DNA from: Naegleria gruberi
Taxonomy: Eukaryota
Assembly: GCA_000004985.1 (NCBI GenBank)
Contig: GG738847.1
Reading direction: 5' to 3' (one strand)
DNA: 64,000 nt
Made by a program: the position numbers and the translations under genes. Positions 48,075 to 60,095 of this stretch are shown piece by piece (position 1 is the first letter of the stretch; each line of letters opens with the position of its first letter). The notes under the pieces were generated by a model. It was not told the DNA's origin, did no database searches, and saw only the letters and a program-made list of their open reading frames with translations.

Positions 48075-49791
48075 TTGCTAGAGTCAGTGGCTTTGACAAC
48101 AATAACCACCACACACAACAATAATAATACTAATACCAATACTAATAATAATATTAACAATAACAATATTAACAATAATACTCATTGTCTTCCCAATGAC
48201 ATGTTAATAATAATATTTCAATTTCTCAATCAACAAGATTTTATTATAATGTCACTTGTTTGTAAATATTGGAGATTTGTTGGTCAACAACCATTCCGAA
48301 AGGAATTTACAAATTACAAATTATACCCCTCTTATTCAATGATTACTCCAACATTTATTACCAATTCATTTGAATTTTTTAATTTCTTTTCTTCCATAAC
48401 ATGCTATTTATTTAATACAGTACCTAAATCAACATTTAAAACTATTTTACTCTCTCAGAAATTACAAAGTTTATTTGTAGATTCTTGTTGTTTGGTTAAA
48501 AATATAATACCATTCCATTCAATGATAAAAAAACATTCCTCCAATAATATCACTGAATTGGGATTAAATTATAAAATGAAAAAGAAAGATTTACGTGCTC
48601 TATTTCAAGTACTTCCAAATTTGAAACATTTAAGTTTAGGAATGGGAGCAACAGAATGTTTAATTAGTACAGAATCATTTCTTAGTACATGTTGTCATAA
48701 ATTAGAATCACTCCATTTACAATTATTACCTGAAAATCATAAAAATATTGTAAAATTATTAAATGGAATATTTAATCCATCACTTTCAACAACAACAACA
48801 ATATCCAATCTCATTGATATTAGAATATTTATAACAGAATCTTATTCAATTAATAGAAAATTAATTTTACATTTGATTTTAATTCATTTCCATATTTAAA
48901 ATATTTATTTCTTGATATTACCTATATTTATACATTAGAATCAATTAGTAATGTATTATTAAATTCAACTAATATTTCAAAATTAATAGAATTTGGATTT
49001 GGAACTGTTAGAAAATCTATTGAAAAATTACATTTTAAAAATAGTGAAAATTTAAAAAATTTAAAAAAATTATTTTTAAATAGAACAGAAATGATGACAA
49101 ATATAGATAATCTTCCTTCATTAGAATTATTATATATAGATGAACATGAAAAAAAACATTGTTCCACTAAAAATTATTCAAAACCATGGAATTTAGCATT
49201 NNNNNNNNNNNNNNNNNNNNNNNNNNNNNNNNNNNNNNNNNNNNNNNNNNATTTTTGTTTTGATCTTACCATAATTTAGATTTATCTGAATTGAGTCAAT
49301 TAAATTTAGAAATATTAATTCTTAGAATTCCTGTCGAAAATTATAGGATATTTCATCACATTTCTAAAATATTAACATTGAGAGAATTAACATTTCATTC
49401 TCATAATATTTATGCAACTGATTTGAAATTACTTTGTAAATTACCAAATTTAGAATATCTTTACATTAGATTGGAACATAAAAGTGAAACATCTTTTACT
49501 TTTAATTCACTAACTACACTTTCAATTTATTCAGATAATTTGAAACAATTAAATTTCTTTCAAATATCAAATTTACCAAAATTGAAAACTTTAATGGTTC
49601 GTAATAATCGGGATAATAACCATAAATGGTGGTTGCAACCATTATTTCCAAATTTACAAATACTTGTTGCCAACAATACAGGAACATTTTTAGCATCTCC
49701 ATATAATGATGGTATGAATTTTGGTGCGTGTGATATTTTGCAAAGAATAACAAATTATGAATATGTAGCCCACTTTCCAAAAAAATTTTGA
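48075..49791 (+). CDS. F-box / leucine-rich-repeat protein; spans the N-gap at 49201-49250; 5' exon not located
   Basis: F-box LPNDMLIIIFQFLNQQDFIIMSLVCKYWRFV is followed by LRR-like repeats up to 49791. Track start 48075 is TTG; a ttttcag acceptor at ~48069 suggests an upstream exon. Confidence 0.55.
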
Positions 49792-49950
49792 TACTATTAG
49801 GATGAAATAAATGTGAATATTTAAAAATTTTAATCATCATTATGATTCAATAATAATTGTAGTGTTAATAGTTAGTAATTAAATATCATTGATATTAAAA
49901 TATTAAATATTTACTTTATATTTTTAATTTAAATATAATTATAATAATAA

Positions 49951-52204
49951 TTATAAATTAAAATCATTATCATTTAAATGACAATGATTTGGAATGGTAA
50001 CATTTAAATTTGAATTGAATTGCATTGCTCTATGAATAGTTTCAAAAGCATTATCATTACCAGACCAACTTCTTCTAGCAATACCATTAGCAACATCCCA
50101 AAATAAAACATTTCTAGCTCTCTCATCTGATTGTTGTGATCCATCTAAAACTAAACCAAATCCACAATTAATTGCCAATCCAAAACCAGTACCACCACCA
50201 TTATGAAGAGCACACCATGTTGCACCCCGCATTGAATTACCTGTAAATGTATGAACTGCCATATCAGATGTAATATTACTACCATCATAAATATTTGATG
50301 TTTCTCTAAATGGTGAATCTGCACCTGATACATCATGATGATCTCTACTTAATGCAATTGACCCACTAATTTTACCTTCTCTAATTGCCTTATTAAATGC
50401 TAAGGCTATTTCAACTCTACCTTCTATATCTGAATATAATATTCTTGCTTGTGATCCAACTACTAACTTATTTTCCATTGCTTGTACTATCCATTTATAA
50501 TTATCTTGATATTGTAAATGTGATTTTTCACCAAGTGATGGATTTTTCATTAATCTTTCAATCACTTGAGCTGCTATTTTATCTGTTTCTTCTAAATCTT
50601 TTTCATTACCAGATAAACATACCCATCTTTTTAAATATTAAATTAAAATTAAATTAATAAAATTAAATTAAAAAATAATTAAAATATAAAATATAAATTT
50701 AAAAAATAAAAAAAATAAAACAAACCTAAAAGGACCAAAACCCAATGAAAATATATCACCCATAATATCTTGTACATAGGAAGGATATTTAAAATTACCA
50801 TCTTGATTACAAATATCAGCACCTGCTCTATTAGCTTCATATAAAAAACAATTACCATAATCCCAAAATTTCATTCCCTTTTCAACTAATTTGTTAATAG
50901 CATTAACTTGTCTTTTTAAACTTTCTGATACTTTTAATTTAAATTCATTTGGATTATCTTTCATTAATTGATTTGATTCTTCAAATGTTAAACCAACTGG
51001 ATAATATCCACCTTGATATGGATTATGAAGTGATGTTTGATCACTTCCTAATTCAACAAGTAATTCATCTTCATTAGCTAATCTTTCCCATAATTCAACT
51101 ATATTTCCTAAATATCCAATTGATGTTACTTGTTTTAATAAACGTGCTTGTTTAATTCTTTCAATACATTTTTCTAAATCATTACCAACACTTTCTAATA
51201 ACCATCCTTGTTCATATCTCTTTTTTAATGCTAATTCATTCACTTCTGCTACTACTGTTATACATCCACTAATCACTCCTGCTTTAGGTTGTGCTCCTGA
51301 CATTCCACCAAGTCCTTTTTTAAATTTAAATTTAATTAAAATTAATTAAAATATTAAATAAAAATATTAATTAAAATATTAATAAAAAAAATAAAAACCT
51401 ACCAGATGTAATAAAAACCTTTCCACTTAAATCATTTAAATTTAAATATTTTCTACCTGCATTTAAAACAACAAGAGTAGTACCATGTACAATACCTTGT
51501 GGACCAATATAACAATAACTACCAGCAGTCATTTGACCATAAATAGTATTACCTAAAGCATATAATCTTTCATAATCATCACGTGATGAATAATTAGGTA
51601 CAACTAATCCATTTGTAATAATACAACGTGGATTTTCAGGACAACTTGGAAATAAACCCATTGGATGACCACTATACATTGTAAGTGTTTGATTTTCATT
51701 CATTTCACTTAAATATTTCATGGTTAATAAAAATTGTGCCCAATTTGAAAAAACACTTCCATTTCCACCATATGTTACTAATTCATGTGGATATTGTGCA
51801 ATTTTAACATCTAAATTATTACAAATCATTAACATGATTGCACAAGCTTGTTCACAATTATTCTTATTTGTATAATCTGATAATGAATAGGCTTTCATTT
51901 CTAAAAAACGTGATGGTCTAAATCTATACATATAAATATGACCAAATGTTTTTAATTCATAGGCAAATTCATTGGCCAATTCTCTATGAAAATGTTGAGG
52001 AAAATAACGAAGTGCATTTTTAATGGCCAATTGTTGATCTTGTTTGGAGGGAAGAATTAGATTTATATTTTTAATAGGTGCATGAGGTACAGTAGAATCT
52101 CTCATTTCACTATAATTGAGTGCAGGTGGTAAAATAGTTTGTGGAATGCCCTGACAAAAATATTTACTAATTAATTCTTTAGTTGTTAATTGTTGTTCCA
52201 TCAT
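49951..52204 (-). CDS. hutU: urocanate hydratase (urocanase, HutU/UROC1), three exons
   Basis: Exon 1 is 51403..52204 (ATG 52202-52204). An 88-nt intron spans 51315..51402 (GTAGGT…aaaaag). Exon 2 is 50726..51314. A 99-nt intron spans 50627..50725 (GTTTGT…aaaaag). Exon 3 is 49951..50626. The joins restore urocanase motifs (…VFITSG-LGGMSGAQPKAG…; …GFGPF-R-WVCLSGNEKDLEETD…; MTAGSYCYIGPQGIVHGT; GLVLDGSQQSDERARNVLFWDVANGIARRSW). Confidence 0.9.
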
Positions 52205-52788
52205 TTAAAGTTAATAATAATTAAATATATTACTACGAATAGAATTGTTGTTATTTAATGATTGATAATAATAATAATAATAATAGATTATAGATTGTTA
52301 TTGTTGTGATGATAATAACGGAGAGAATGATGAGAGATTTTTTTTTAAAAACCAAGACGGAGTTTTAAGCAACGGAATGATTCTTGTTGTAAACTAGAGA
52401 CCAGTTGCATTTGTGGTGTAGTTGAAAATTTTGATTGGTTAATTAATAATCATTTCAATATAATTGATTTTCAATTTGAATGGTTGAACATTAATAAGAA
52501 TGATTCTATTTAATAGTAAGTCTTAATGAACATATCTCAGTTAATTATACGTCTCACTCCAAGGAAATGGTAAAATTAGTACTCTGGATTATGCGGATTA
52601 AGAAATATCCCACTTCCAGATACTCATAACCTCAAGAATTATGAAAAATATGTGACCAAATTCATTGAGATTCAAATTCTTATTATCATCAATGTTAGTA
52701 TTAAAATTTTCATGTTTATTGTTAAATTAATAAATAATACAATTTATTATTAGAATAAAAATACAATCATTTTCTCTATTGAATAAAA

Positions 52789-53808
52789 TTATTGTTTAAG
52801 AGCAGCTTCAAGACCAGCAACAGTTCTAATTTGAACCCAATCACTCAAATCACCACCATAAACATGGGTACCACTTTGAATTTCACCTGATTTGAATTTT
52901 TGTTGCATAGCCTTGAATGAAACTGGACCTTGAGTTTCAACATTACTATCAACATAGAACCATTCACAATCAAATTGTTTTGGAATACTCAATGATGATG
53001 ATGATGATACATTAGGTGAAACCATAACACTTGCACTTCTAGACTTGCTTTGAGATGAAGTTGGTTGAATATGTGCGCTACTATTAGCAGTGCTGGAGGA
53101 TGAACTACTTTGAACAGGTGAAACAATTAAAGTGGAAGAATGATTCTTCAATTCTAACATTGTTTGAGACAATGCTGAATTCCATTCAATTAAATTTGCA
53201 CAAAGTTGTTGTATAGCAGGTTCATAAACAGATTGTTCCTTTTCCAAAATTTCTAAAATATGTTGTTTACACATAATATTAACTTCTTCCCATTTTTCTT
53301 TAAAAGTATTCATCTTCTCTTTAGCCTTTGGTAATTCAAGTGGATTCTTTGATTGTTTTTCAGTTAACTTTTCAACTTGTTGTCTATAATAATCATATTG
53401 AAGTGTTAAATCTTTTCTTTCTTTAAAAATCTTTTTAACAGGTTCGAATAAAACAAAATATTCGTTAGCAGGATTAACAACGGTTTGTGTTACATTGGAT
53501 TGGAATGGAAGAACACAATTAGTTTCAACAGATTTGGATACCTTTTCCAAGACCATACCTGCTTGTTCAATTCTAGCTGATCCTTGAGTATTAACATCAC
53601 GGAAATCTTCTGCTAAAAAGGCCAATGTTGTTGAAAAGGCATGGAAATTTTCAATCAATTGATTAGAATGTTTAACAAAATTTTCACAAGCCTTTTCTGC
53701 TGATTTAAACTTGTTAGAGAGAATGGAAAATTCTTCATCTTCAGTTTGTTCAGCTTTACCAAGTTTTGTTTTAATTGTTTGTGTACCAATAACCCAAAGT
53801 TTCTTCAT
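52789..53808 (-). CDS. BAR-domain-like protein with a C-terminal GYF-like domain
   Basis: ATG at 53806-53808. The N-terminus is helical and BAR/arfaptin-like. The C-terminus has a GYF-like WFYVDSNVETQGPVSFKAMQQKFKSGEIQSGTHVYGGDLSDWVQI. Confidence 0.5.
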   Translation of the reverse strand: MKKLWVIGTQTIKTKLGKAEQTEDEEFSILSNKFKSAEKACENFVKHSNQLIENFHAFSTTLAFLAEDFRDVNTQGSARIEQAGMVLEKVSKSVETNCVLPFQSNVTQTVVNPANEYFVLFEPVKKIFKERKDLTLQYDYYRQQVEKLTEKQSKNPLELPKAKEKMNTFKEKWEEVNIMCKQHILEILEKEQSVYEPAIQQLCANLIEWNSALSQTMLELKNHSSTLIVSPVQSSSSSSTANSSAHIQPTSSQSKSRSASVMVSPNVSSSSSLSIPKQFDCEWFYVDSNVETQGPVSFKAMQQKFKSGEIQSGTHVYGGDLSDWVQIRTVAGLEAALKQ

Positions 53809-54644
53809 CTATATTTTAAATATATTATAAATATTTGGAAGTATTATAGTAGTGAAGATGAATATTTAATAATATCATTTGACAATAATTAGTACCAAGG
53901 ATTAATCATTGATGATGATTTTGTTATTGTTGTTAAAATATTATTCGTAGAAGAGTATAATGAATTATCATTGATCGTCATCATGTAGAGAGCAAATGAT
54001 GATGAATGAATAATAAAACAATTAGCCTAAAATTTTCTTAGCAAGCTTGAGTACTAACCTTTAATTGTTATGTGTTTGAATATTTTTTAAAAATAAATAA
54101 ACACTGTCTTGCTACGTACTTATTGGAGGTCACAATCTCTGCGCCTCACAGTAACTTTGAAAGGCTTGTGTCGCTCGTCATCCATTGAAGTACGAACTTG
54201 GATTCTAATTAGAAACGCAACAAAGGAATATTCATGTACTGTGGTGAGGGACTTTTTGTACAGTGTTAAATTAGTATGAGATGATTGTTTATTTCTAAGA
54301 ATGAAATAGAAGATAAGGAATAAATGTATTAAACAATTGAGGATGTATTGATGGGTTATTAATATAATATATTACTCATTCCTTTTCAATACTATTTAAT
54401 ACTCTTTATTGTTATCATTACAATGATATTAACAGTAGTTGCAAAAATCTTGATCATTCTAATTAAATTTTAAATTGCAAGAAATATGTATAATGTATTT
54501 CTAATTTTTAGATAAATATTACTAGCAGTAATCCTTACTAAAATTGAAATTGTAATTTTTTACTTTCTTGTTACAACAATCAACCTTTAAATATCATTTT
54601 AAATTTCCAAATATATAAATTTTAATATTTTGATAACCAATTAG

Positions 54645-56918
54645 ATGCAATCATGCAAAACACATTTCCCGCCATTTTTTGTACAATTTATTCAAAGTAA
54701 AAAAATGTCCTCCAACAATCCACGTGGATTCAATCAACAACAAAACATTAATAGGAGAGAATTATCATTCAATGTTGTTGGAGTTGGAAAACAAAACTCA
54801 AATACATCAACTAATACAACTTCAAATGGTGGTTCATCTTCTCCTACCACTAATTCTACAACAAATAATGTTGTTACTTCTACAACCAATAGTAAGCCTT
54901 CAAATACATCACCTAAATCATCAAAATCATCTTCATCATCAGCCAATAGTACAAGTAGTCAGAGACAAGCTAACAATGCACCAATTAAAAGTAGTACACC
55001 ACTCACAAAACAATCCTCTGGAACACAACTCACTACTCGAAGTGGAGTTGAAAGTTCTTCCTCTTCTGCTGCTATCAGTAAGAGATTGACTAGTGCTGCC
55101 ACAACAGTTAGTAGTACAACAAGTAACTCAATCAAATCAACAAGTTCATCCATTGCACTCTCATCTGCTTCATCTTCATCAAATCTTCTTCAAACAGTTC
55201 TAAGTAAGGAAGAAGAGGCTGAACTAATTAAAGAATTGTGTGGCGAAGAAATGTACCTATTATTAATATCAAGTAAACATCAAGAAAGAGAAGAATTTCT
55301 AACACGTTTAAATGTATGGATTAATCAATCATCTAATTTACCACATGGATTTATGATTTTTCCAAGTGTAAATTTACCAATTGAAAAGACAAGAGTATTA
55401 AAAGTACTTGCTATTATTCTAAGAATGACACTAGTTGATAAAATTATTAAAATAGTGCAATTAGCATATTCAACATGTATTTTATTAGTTGAATCAGCAC
55501 CAGTACAACAAGCAAAGAATATAACACATTTAAAAGAAGGTCTTTCACAAATATTACCATTATTGATGACTAAAGTAATTGATTCAAATGAAAGAAACTC
55601 TAAGAGTGCTATACAAGCAGTAACAAAAATGTCAACAGTTAAAGTAATTTCTAAATTAGTATTTAATTATGCATTACTATCAATTAATTCAGGTAAACCA
55701 TTATCACCTAAAGCTATTCAAGGTAGAATTTCACTTGTAGAATCACTTGTTTTAAAACATGGATTGAATAATAGTAGTTTAGAAGTTTCAATTCAATTTT
55801 TAGATTTTTTAAATGAATGTTTAACACATAAAACAGTTCAAGTTAAAGATTCATGTATTGAGTTATTAGCAATAATGCATAAATCAATGGGAAAGGAATT
55901 ATTTGATTTAAATGTAATGGATAAATTACCTTCAAAAACATCAACACTTGTACAAAAATTAGAAATTAAAATTAGAGCTAAAAAACAAGAAGAAATTGAA
56001 GAAGAAAAAAAGAAGGAAGAATTAAAAAATCAAAAAACACAAAATGAAACTAATATAGTATTTAAACAAGGTGATATATCGAGAGAATTAATAATGAAAA
56101 AATCACTTAAAAAAATTCAATCAGGTGAATCAATTCGATCATTTTTAAAATCACTAACACATTTACATTTTGATTCATGTAATATTTCTAAAATTATTAA
56201 TTTAGAACATTGTCCAAATTTAAGAGTTTTATATTTATATGATAATAGAATTACTAAAATAGAAGGATTAAATAATAACAAACAATTAATACATTTACAT
56301 TTACATCACAATTTAATTGAAAAAATTGAAGGATTGGATGAATTGGTTAATTTACAACAATTATATTTAAATAATAATAGAATTAAAATTGTTGAAAATT
56401 TAACAAAATTACAAAAACTACAAGAATTACATTTACAACAACAAGATATTGAAAATTCAATGATTTTAGATTCAGATTCAATGAAATCACTTTCAAATTC
56501 ATTAACTTTATTGGATTTAAGTAATAACAAGATTGAAGATTCACTTTCTATTGGATTTTTAGAAAATTTAATTGAATTGGATTTGAGTAAAAACAGAATT
56601 GATAAAATGGATCAAATTTTATTCATTTTAGAAAGTAATAGACAATTACACTCTTTAAATTTAATTGGAAATTCTGTATGCGATTCTTATAAAATGAGAG
56701 ATCAAATCATTGTTTCAAGTAGTTCAGATTTAACTTTATTAAATCAAGTGGAAATTACAGATATTCAGAGAGAATTTTTATTATCATTTGAACATCAAAA
56801 ATTAAAAAGAACATCAAGTGATAATAATGGAATGAATTTGGCTTTACATAATAATAGACAGACAAATAGTAATGAAAATGATCCAAACTTTTTAAAAGAT
56901 TTATTAACAATAAATTAA
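54645..56918 (+). CDS. leucine-rich-repeat protein (SDS22-like LRRs) with an N-terminal Ser/Thr-rich region
   Basis: A 757-aa ORF with in-frame ATGs at 54645 and 54705; the latter has an A-rich Kozak context. The C-terminal half has ~8 SDS22-type LRRs (LRVLYLYDNRITKIEGL, LIHLHLHHNLIEKIEGL, LQQLYLNNNRIKIVENL, …). Confidence 0.6.
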   Translation: MQSCKTHFPPFFVQFIQSKKMSSNNPRGFNQQQNINRRELSFNVVGVGKQNSNTSTNTTSNGGSSSPTTNSTTNNVVTSTTNSKPSNTSPKSSKSSSSSANSTSSQRQANNAPIKSSTPLTKQSSGTQLTTRSGVESSSSSAAISKRLTSAATTVSSTTSNSIKSTSSSIALSSASSSSNLLQTVLSKEEEAELIKELCGEEMYLLLISSKHQEREEFLTRLNVWINQSSNLPHGFMIFPSVNLPIEKTRVLKVLAIILRMTLVDKIIKIVQLAYSTCILLVESAPVQQAKNITHLKEGLSQILPLLMTKVIDSNERNSKSAIQAVTKMSTVKVISKLVFNYALLSINSGKPLSPKAIQGRISLVESLVLKHGLNNSSLEVSIQFLDFLNECLTHKTVQVKDSCIELLAIMHKSMGKELFDLNVMDKLPSKTSTLVQKLEIKIRAKKQEEIEEEKKKEELKNQKTQNETNIVFKQGDISRELIMKKSLKKIQSGESIRSFLKSLTHLHFDSCNISKIINLEHCPNLRVLYLYDNRITKIEGLNNNKQLIHLHLHHNLIEKIEGLDELVNLQQLYLNNNRIKIVENLTKLQKLQELHLQQQDIENSMILDSDSMKSLSNSLTLLDLSNNKIEDSLSIGFLENLIELDLSKNRIDKMDQILFILESNRQLHSLNLIGNSVCDSYKMRDQIIVSSSSDLTLLNQVEITDIQREFLLSFEHQKLKRTSSDNNGMNLALHNNRQTNSNENDPNFLKDLLTIN

Positions 56919-57038
56919 TGAAATTGACCGATTACGAATCTTTTATCTTCCTTCATTTGGTATTGAAATTGAGAGTCGGTATGCAACTCTTTGGCAAAAC
57001 CATACTGTAATATACTGTTATTTTTATAAAACAATGGT

Positions 57039-57539
57039 TCATTCAAATTCTTTAAAATTCCTTTTCAAATTCTCAATTACCTTCTCTCTCTTGTATGACA
57101 TGTCAACTTTACTCCATGATAATAAAATCGCTTCATATCCACCTGATTCCAATTGTTCCTTCTCATTCAAAATGTAAAGTTGATCTGCTCTCGAGAATTC
57201 TTTCACACCATTCTCAAAAGTACCATAATTAAATTCCTTAACATTTTTAAAATAATCATTCTTGGACCATTGAGTGAATGAATTTCCTTGAAGGAATGCA
57301 ATTCTCTGATTCATTCTGAATTTAAATTCACCTCCACCACCACCATGACGACGACGTTGTTCTGATAGGAATGAACTATTGAGAAAGAGTGATTCTTGAG
57401 AGGAGAGAAGAGATGATGATTTGGAAATGATTGAACTGCCAAGACTTTCCACAAATTTATTACATTCTACGACACTACCACGAAGGCCTACCATAACACA
57501 GATTAAATAGTTGGTATAGAGAAGGTTGGGATTTTGCAT
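57039..57539 (-). CDS. hypothetical small protein
   Basis: A 166-aa ORF with a hydrophobic N-terminus and a Gly5 run. No domain recognised. Confidence 0.3.
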   Translation of the reverse strand: MQNPNLLYTNYLICVMVGLRGSVVECNKFVESLGSSIISKSSSLLSSQESLFLNSSFLSEQRRRHGGGGGEFKFRMNQRIAFLQGNSFTQWSKNDYFKNVKEFNYGTFENGVKEFSRADQLYILNEKEQLESGGYEAILLSWSKVDMSYKREKVIENLKRNFKEFE

Positions 57540-57976
57540 TTTTTTTTAAATTTAGTTGGAATTCAGTCAATTTGAATTTGGAATTGAAATGGAATGTGGA
57601 GAACCAAGTTGTAATGAATTATTGAATATATTTGGATAGTGTGTTGTAAGCATCATCAACTTTCATTTATTAAAAAAATGCAATTTACTTCATCATTGCT
57701 TCTTGTCATAATATTATTATGTTGTTAACACTTTATATTATCAATTAATGGACAATCTCCTCATGTCAATCAGAATCAACAACATTACACTGATACAATT
57801 TATGTGTGGATTTAATTCCAACTCATGGTATGTTTATTAAAAGTATATTCAATAATTATTTAATAATATATTTACAATTTAATATTATTTAAAGGATGAA
57901 GGATGTGAGAGTGTTTTGAAATAATAAGAGATGTAATTCTAATATTGCAATATTTATAAATCAATGTCTTTCCTTT

Positions 57977-58428
57977 GGTAATCAGGATGAGAGTATATTA
58001 ATATCCAATATCTATCCCAAACCGCTTTTTTTGGATATGGCTTTTTAAAAAGGGCAATCTGGTTGAATTTTTACGGGCTTGGCTTTTTGGATAAATCTCA
58101 TCGGATTGGATAATATTATTTGAAAATGTGTCGTGTTTGAGTAATTGTCATTTGTCAACAAGGAATGCAGTCAAATCACTTTACGAATATTAATTAGATT
58201 ATTATCAATACTAATTGCAATAAATCAACATTTTTCGATATAAATTTGGAATATTGTATTTTTTCAAAAGTTTATTTTTTAGTGGAAATTTCTTGACTTA
58301 TTTTTGGCTTTAGTTTTTGGCTTTTTGGTTCAATTTAGCTTTTTGCCGATTTTTTATTCACCAACATCCAAAAAGTGGTTTAGGATGGATACTGGATATT
58401 AATATACTCTCATCAGGATTGGTGTAGT
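57977..58428. repeat. palindromic ~450-bp element bounded by ~45-70-bp imperfect inverted repeats, with internal GGCTTTTTGG repeats (MITE/foldback-like)
   Basis: Left arm at 57977-58024 is aatcaggatgagagtatattaatatccaatatctatcccaaacc. The reverse complement of the right arm at 58381-58428 is aatcctgatgagagtatattaatatccagtatccatcctaaacc, about 90% identical. Similarity extends inward (ccgctttttttggatatgg vs ccactttttggatgttgg). The interior has no ORF. Confidence 0.4.
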
Positions 58429-58604
58429 GGTATAATATTTGGCAATAATCAACATTCATTTTGATTTATTAAGTCCAACAAGTGGTGGTGTATGGATTGG
58501 AATATTTTACGTACATTGTATAATACTTTTGAAATTCAATTAACTACCCAAATTGATTTCTAATATTTCACAAACATAATAGGTTTATACAAGTTCAACA
58601 AAAT

Positions 58605-59999
58605 ATGACAAGCTACTCTGGTACCGATGGTCATAACAAATTTTATTCGTATGACGAAAACTTTATGCCACACCAAAACTATGGAGCATTATTATTCAAT
58701 ACTCTAGAGTTGGGTGTTGAAGTGTTAGTAAAAAGAGTATCTATGAACACAATGAAACACCTTTCGGAGAATGAGATGTCAAAGAAGGATGAACAATTAG
58801 AGAAGTCCTTAGAACTTGCTTTCATTGATGCAAATATCAACAACATACAACCACTAATATCAAATCTACAAGCTCTAGTGAACAATGAGAGTGGTGAGAA
58901 GATATTAGAACTTAATTTGCCCTCCATAACCTCAACATTGAACACAACAAACGATTCTAATTTGAAAAGAATATGTCGTCAGGTATTGGCGTTTTGTTAT
59001 TGTTCTCTTGGTAAATCTGAGGAATTAATTGATACGTGCAACAAGTTGCTTTTGGAAGATTTTACCACTTCCAATTTAATAATAACTAGCCTTTTATTTT
59101 TTGATCTTGGAAATAAGATTAATTCAATTCAATTGCTCAAAGATTCATTCATAATCATTTCGGACGTTAATTTAATATTTCCAAGTGAAGCAGAAAGATT
59201 GATGGTGGCTATTGGTGACCGATTGTTATTAATGATTACTTCTGATTATGAAGATGAATGTGAAGAAACTTTGTTTGCTCAATATGTAGCCAGAAGATTG
59301 TCTACATGTAATACTGCAAGCCCTGTTGTTTATGGTGATGGAACTACTCATGCATTCTTTAATAGAGCTCATAGGCTTTCAAGTATCAGTGAAACAATGT
59401 TATCAAATTTCGATCCTCTAGAACGTGAAGAACGTTATGTTGTGCTTTGCAATGCTATTCACAATTTTAACAGTGTTTTGCAATTGGTTTTAAAAAAACA
59501 ACAAAAAGTTGAGTTTCAAATAAGCTATCCTATTACAACTACCAAATCAGATGTATTTAGTATTAATGCATACAACAATACCTTATCAAGCTTATTTTTA
59601 GAATACTTGCATCCTGATATTCCAATAGCAAAAGCAATTAAGAATTACCATACTCAATTTGCCTCATTATTGACATTGGTGTTTGAAAAAAACGTTAAAA
59701 TAATTCAAGCTGAATTGGAGAAGGAAAAACAAAGTTTAGATTTAAACATCAACAACTCAAAAAGGCTTGAAAAAATTGAACAAATGTTAAATCTTACCAA
59801 ATCACAGAAAGAAAAAGAATATCTTTGTTTGTTTAAGGAAATATGTAACAAACACAACTACCCTCATATTTCTGACGTTCAACGTTATTCCATGTTTCAT
59901 TTAAGCTTAGATGGACCTTTTGTTCCAACAATAGAAGATCCTTATGAACAGTACGATCAATCCGATGATGAAATGGAAAATCTAGAACATGTTCAATAA
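58605..59999 (+). CDS. hypothetical protein
   Basis: A continuous 464-aa ORF with ATG at 58605. No domain recognised. Confidence 0.5.
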   Translation: MTSYSGTDGHNKFYSYDENFMPHQNYGALLFNTLELGVEVLVKRVSMNTMKHLSENEMSKKDEQLEKSLELAFIDANINNIQPLISNLQALVNNESGEKILELNLPSITSTLNTTNDSNLKRICRQVLAFCYCSLGKSEELIDTCNKLLLEDFTTSNLIITSLLFFDLGNKINSIQLLKDSFIIISDVNLIFPSEAERLMVAIGDRLLLMITSDYEDECEETLFAQYVARRLSTCNTASPVVYGDGTTHAFFNRAHRLSSISETMLSNFDPLEREERYVVLCNAIHNFNSVLQLVLKKQQKVEFQISYPITTTKSDVFSINAYNNTLSSLFLEYLHPDIPIAKAIKNYHTQFASLLTLVFEKNVKIIQAELEKEKQSLDLNINNSKRLEKIEQMLNLTKSQKEKEYLCLFKEICNKHNYPHISDVQRYSMFHLSLDGPFVPTIEDPYEQYDQSDDEMENLEHVQ

Positions 60000-60095
60000 C
60001 TTTATTCCAAATAAAAGAAATCGAATTTTCTGCCTCAATAAATTAGATTTCCATAAGAAGATGAAATAATTACCATTTTAAAATTTTAAAAAAAA

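Noticed and set aside
49951-52204. Urocanase as part of a histidine-utilisation (hut) gene cluster
   Set aside because: The flanking genes are an F-box/LRR protein and a BAR-GYF protein. No histidase, imidazolonepropionase or formiminoglutamase is nearby, so this is an isolated eukaryotic gene, not a cluster.
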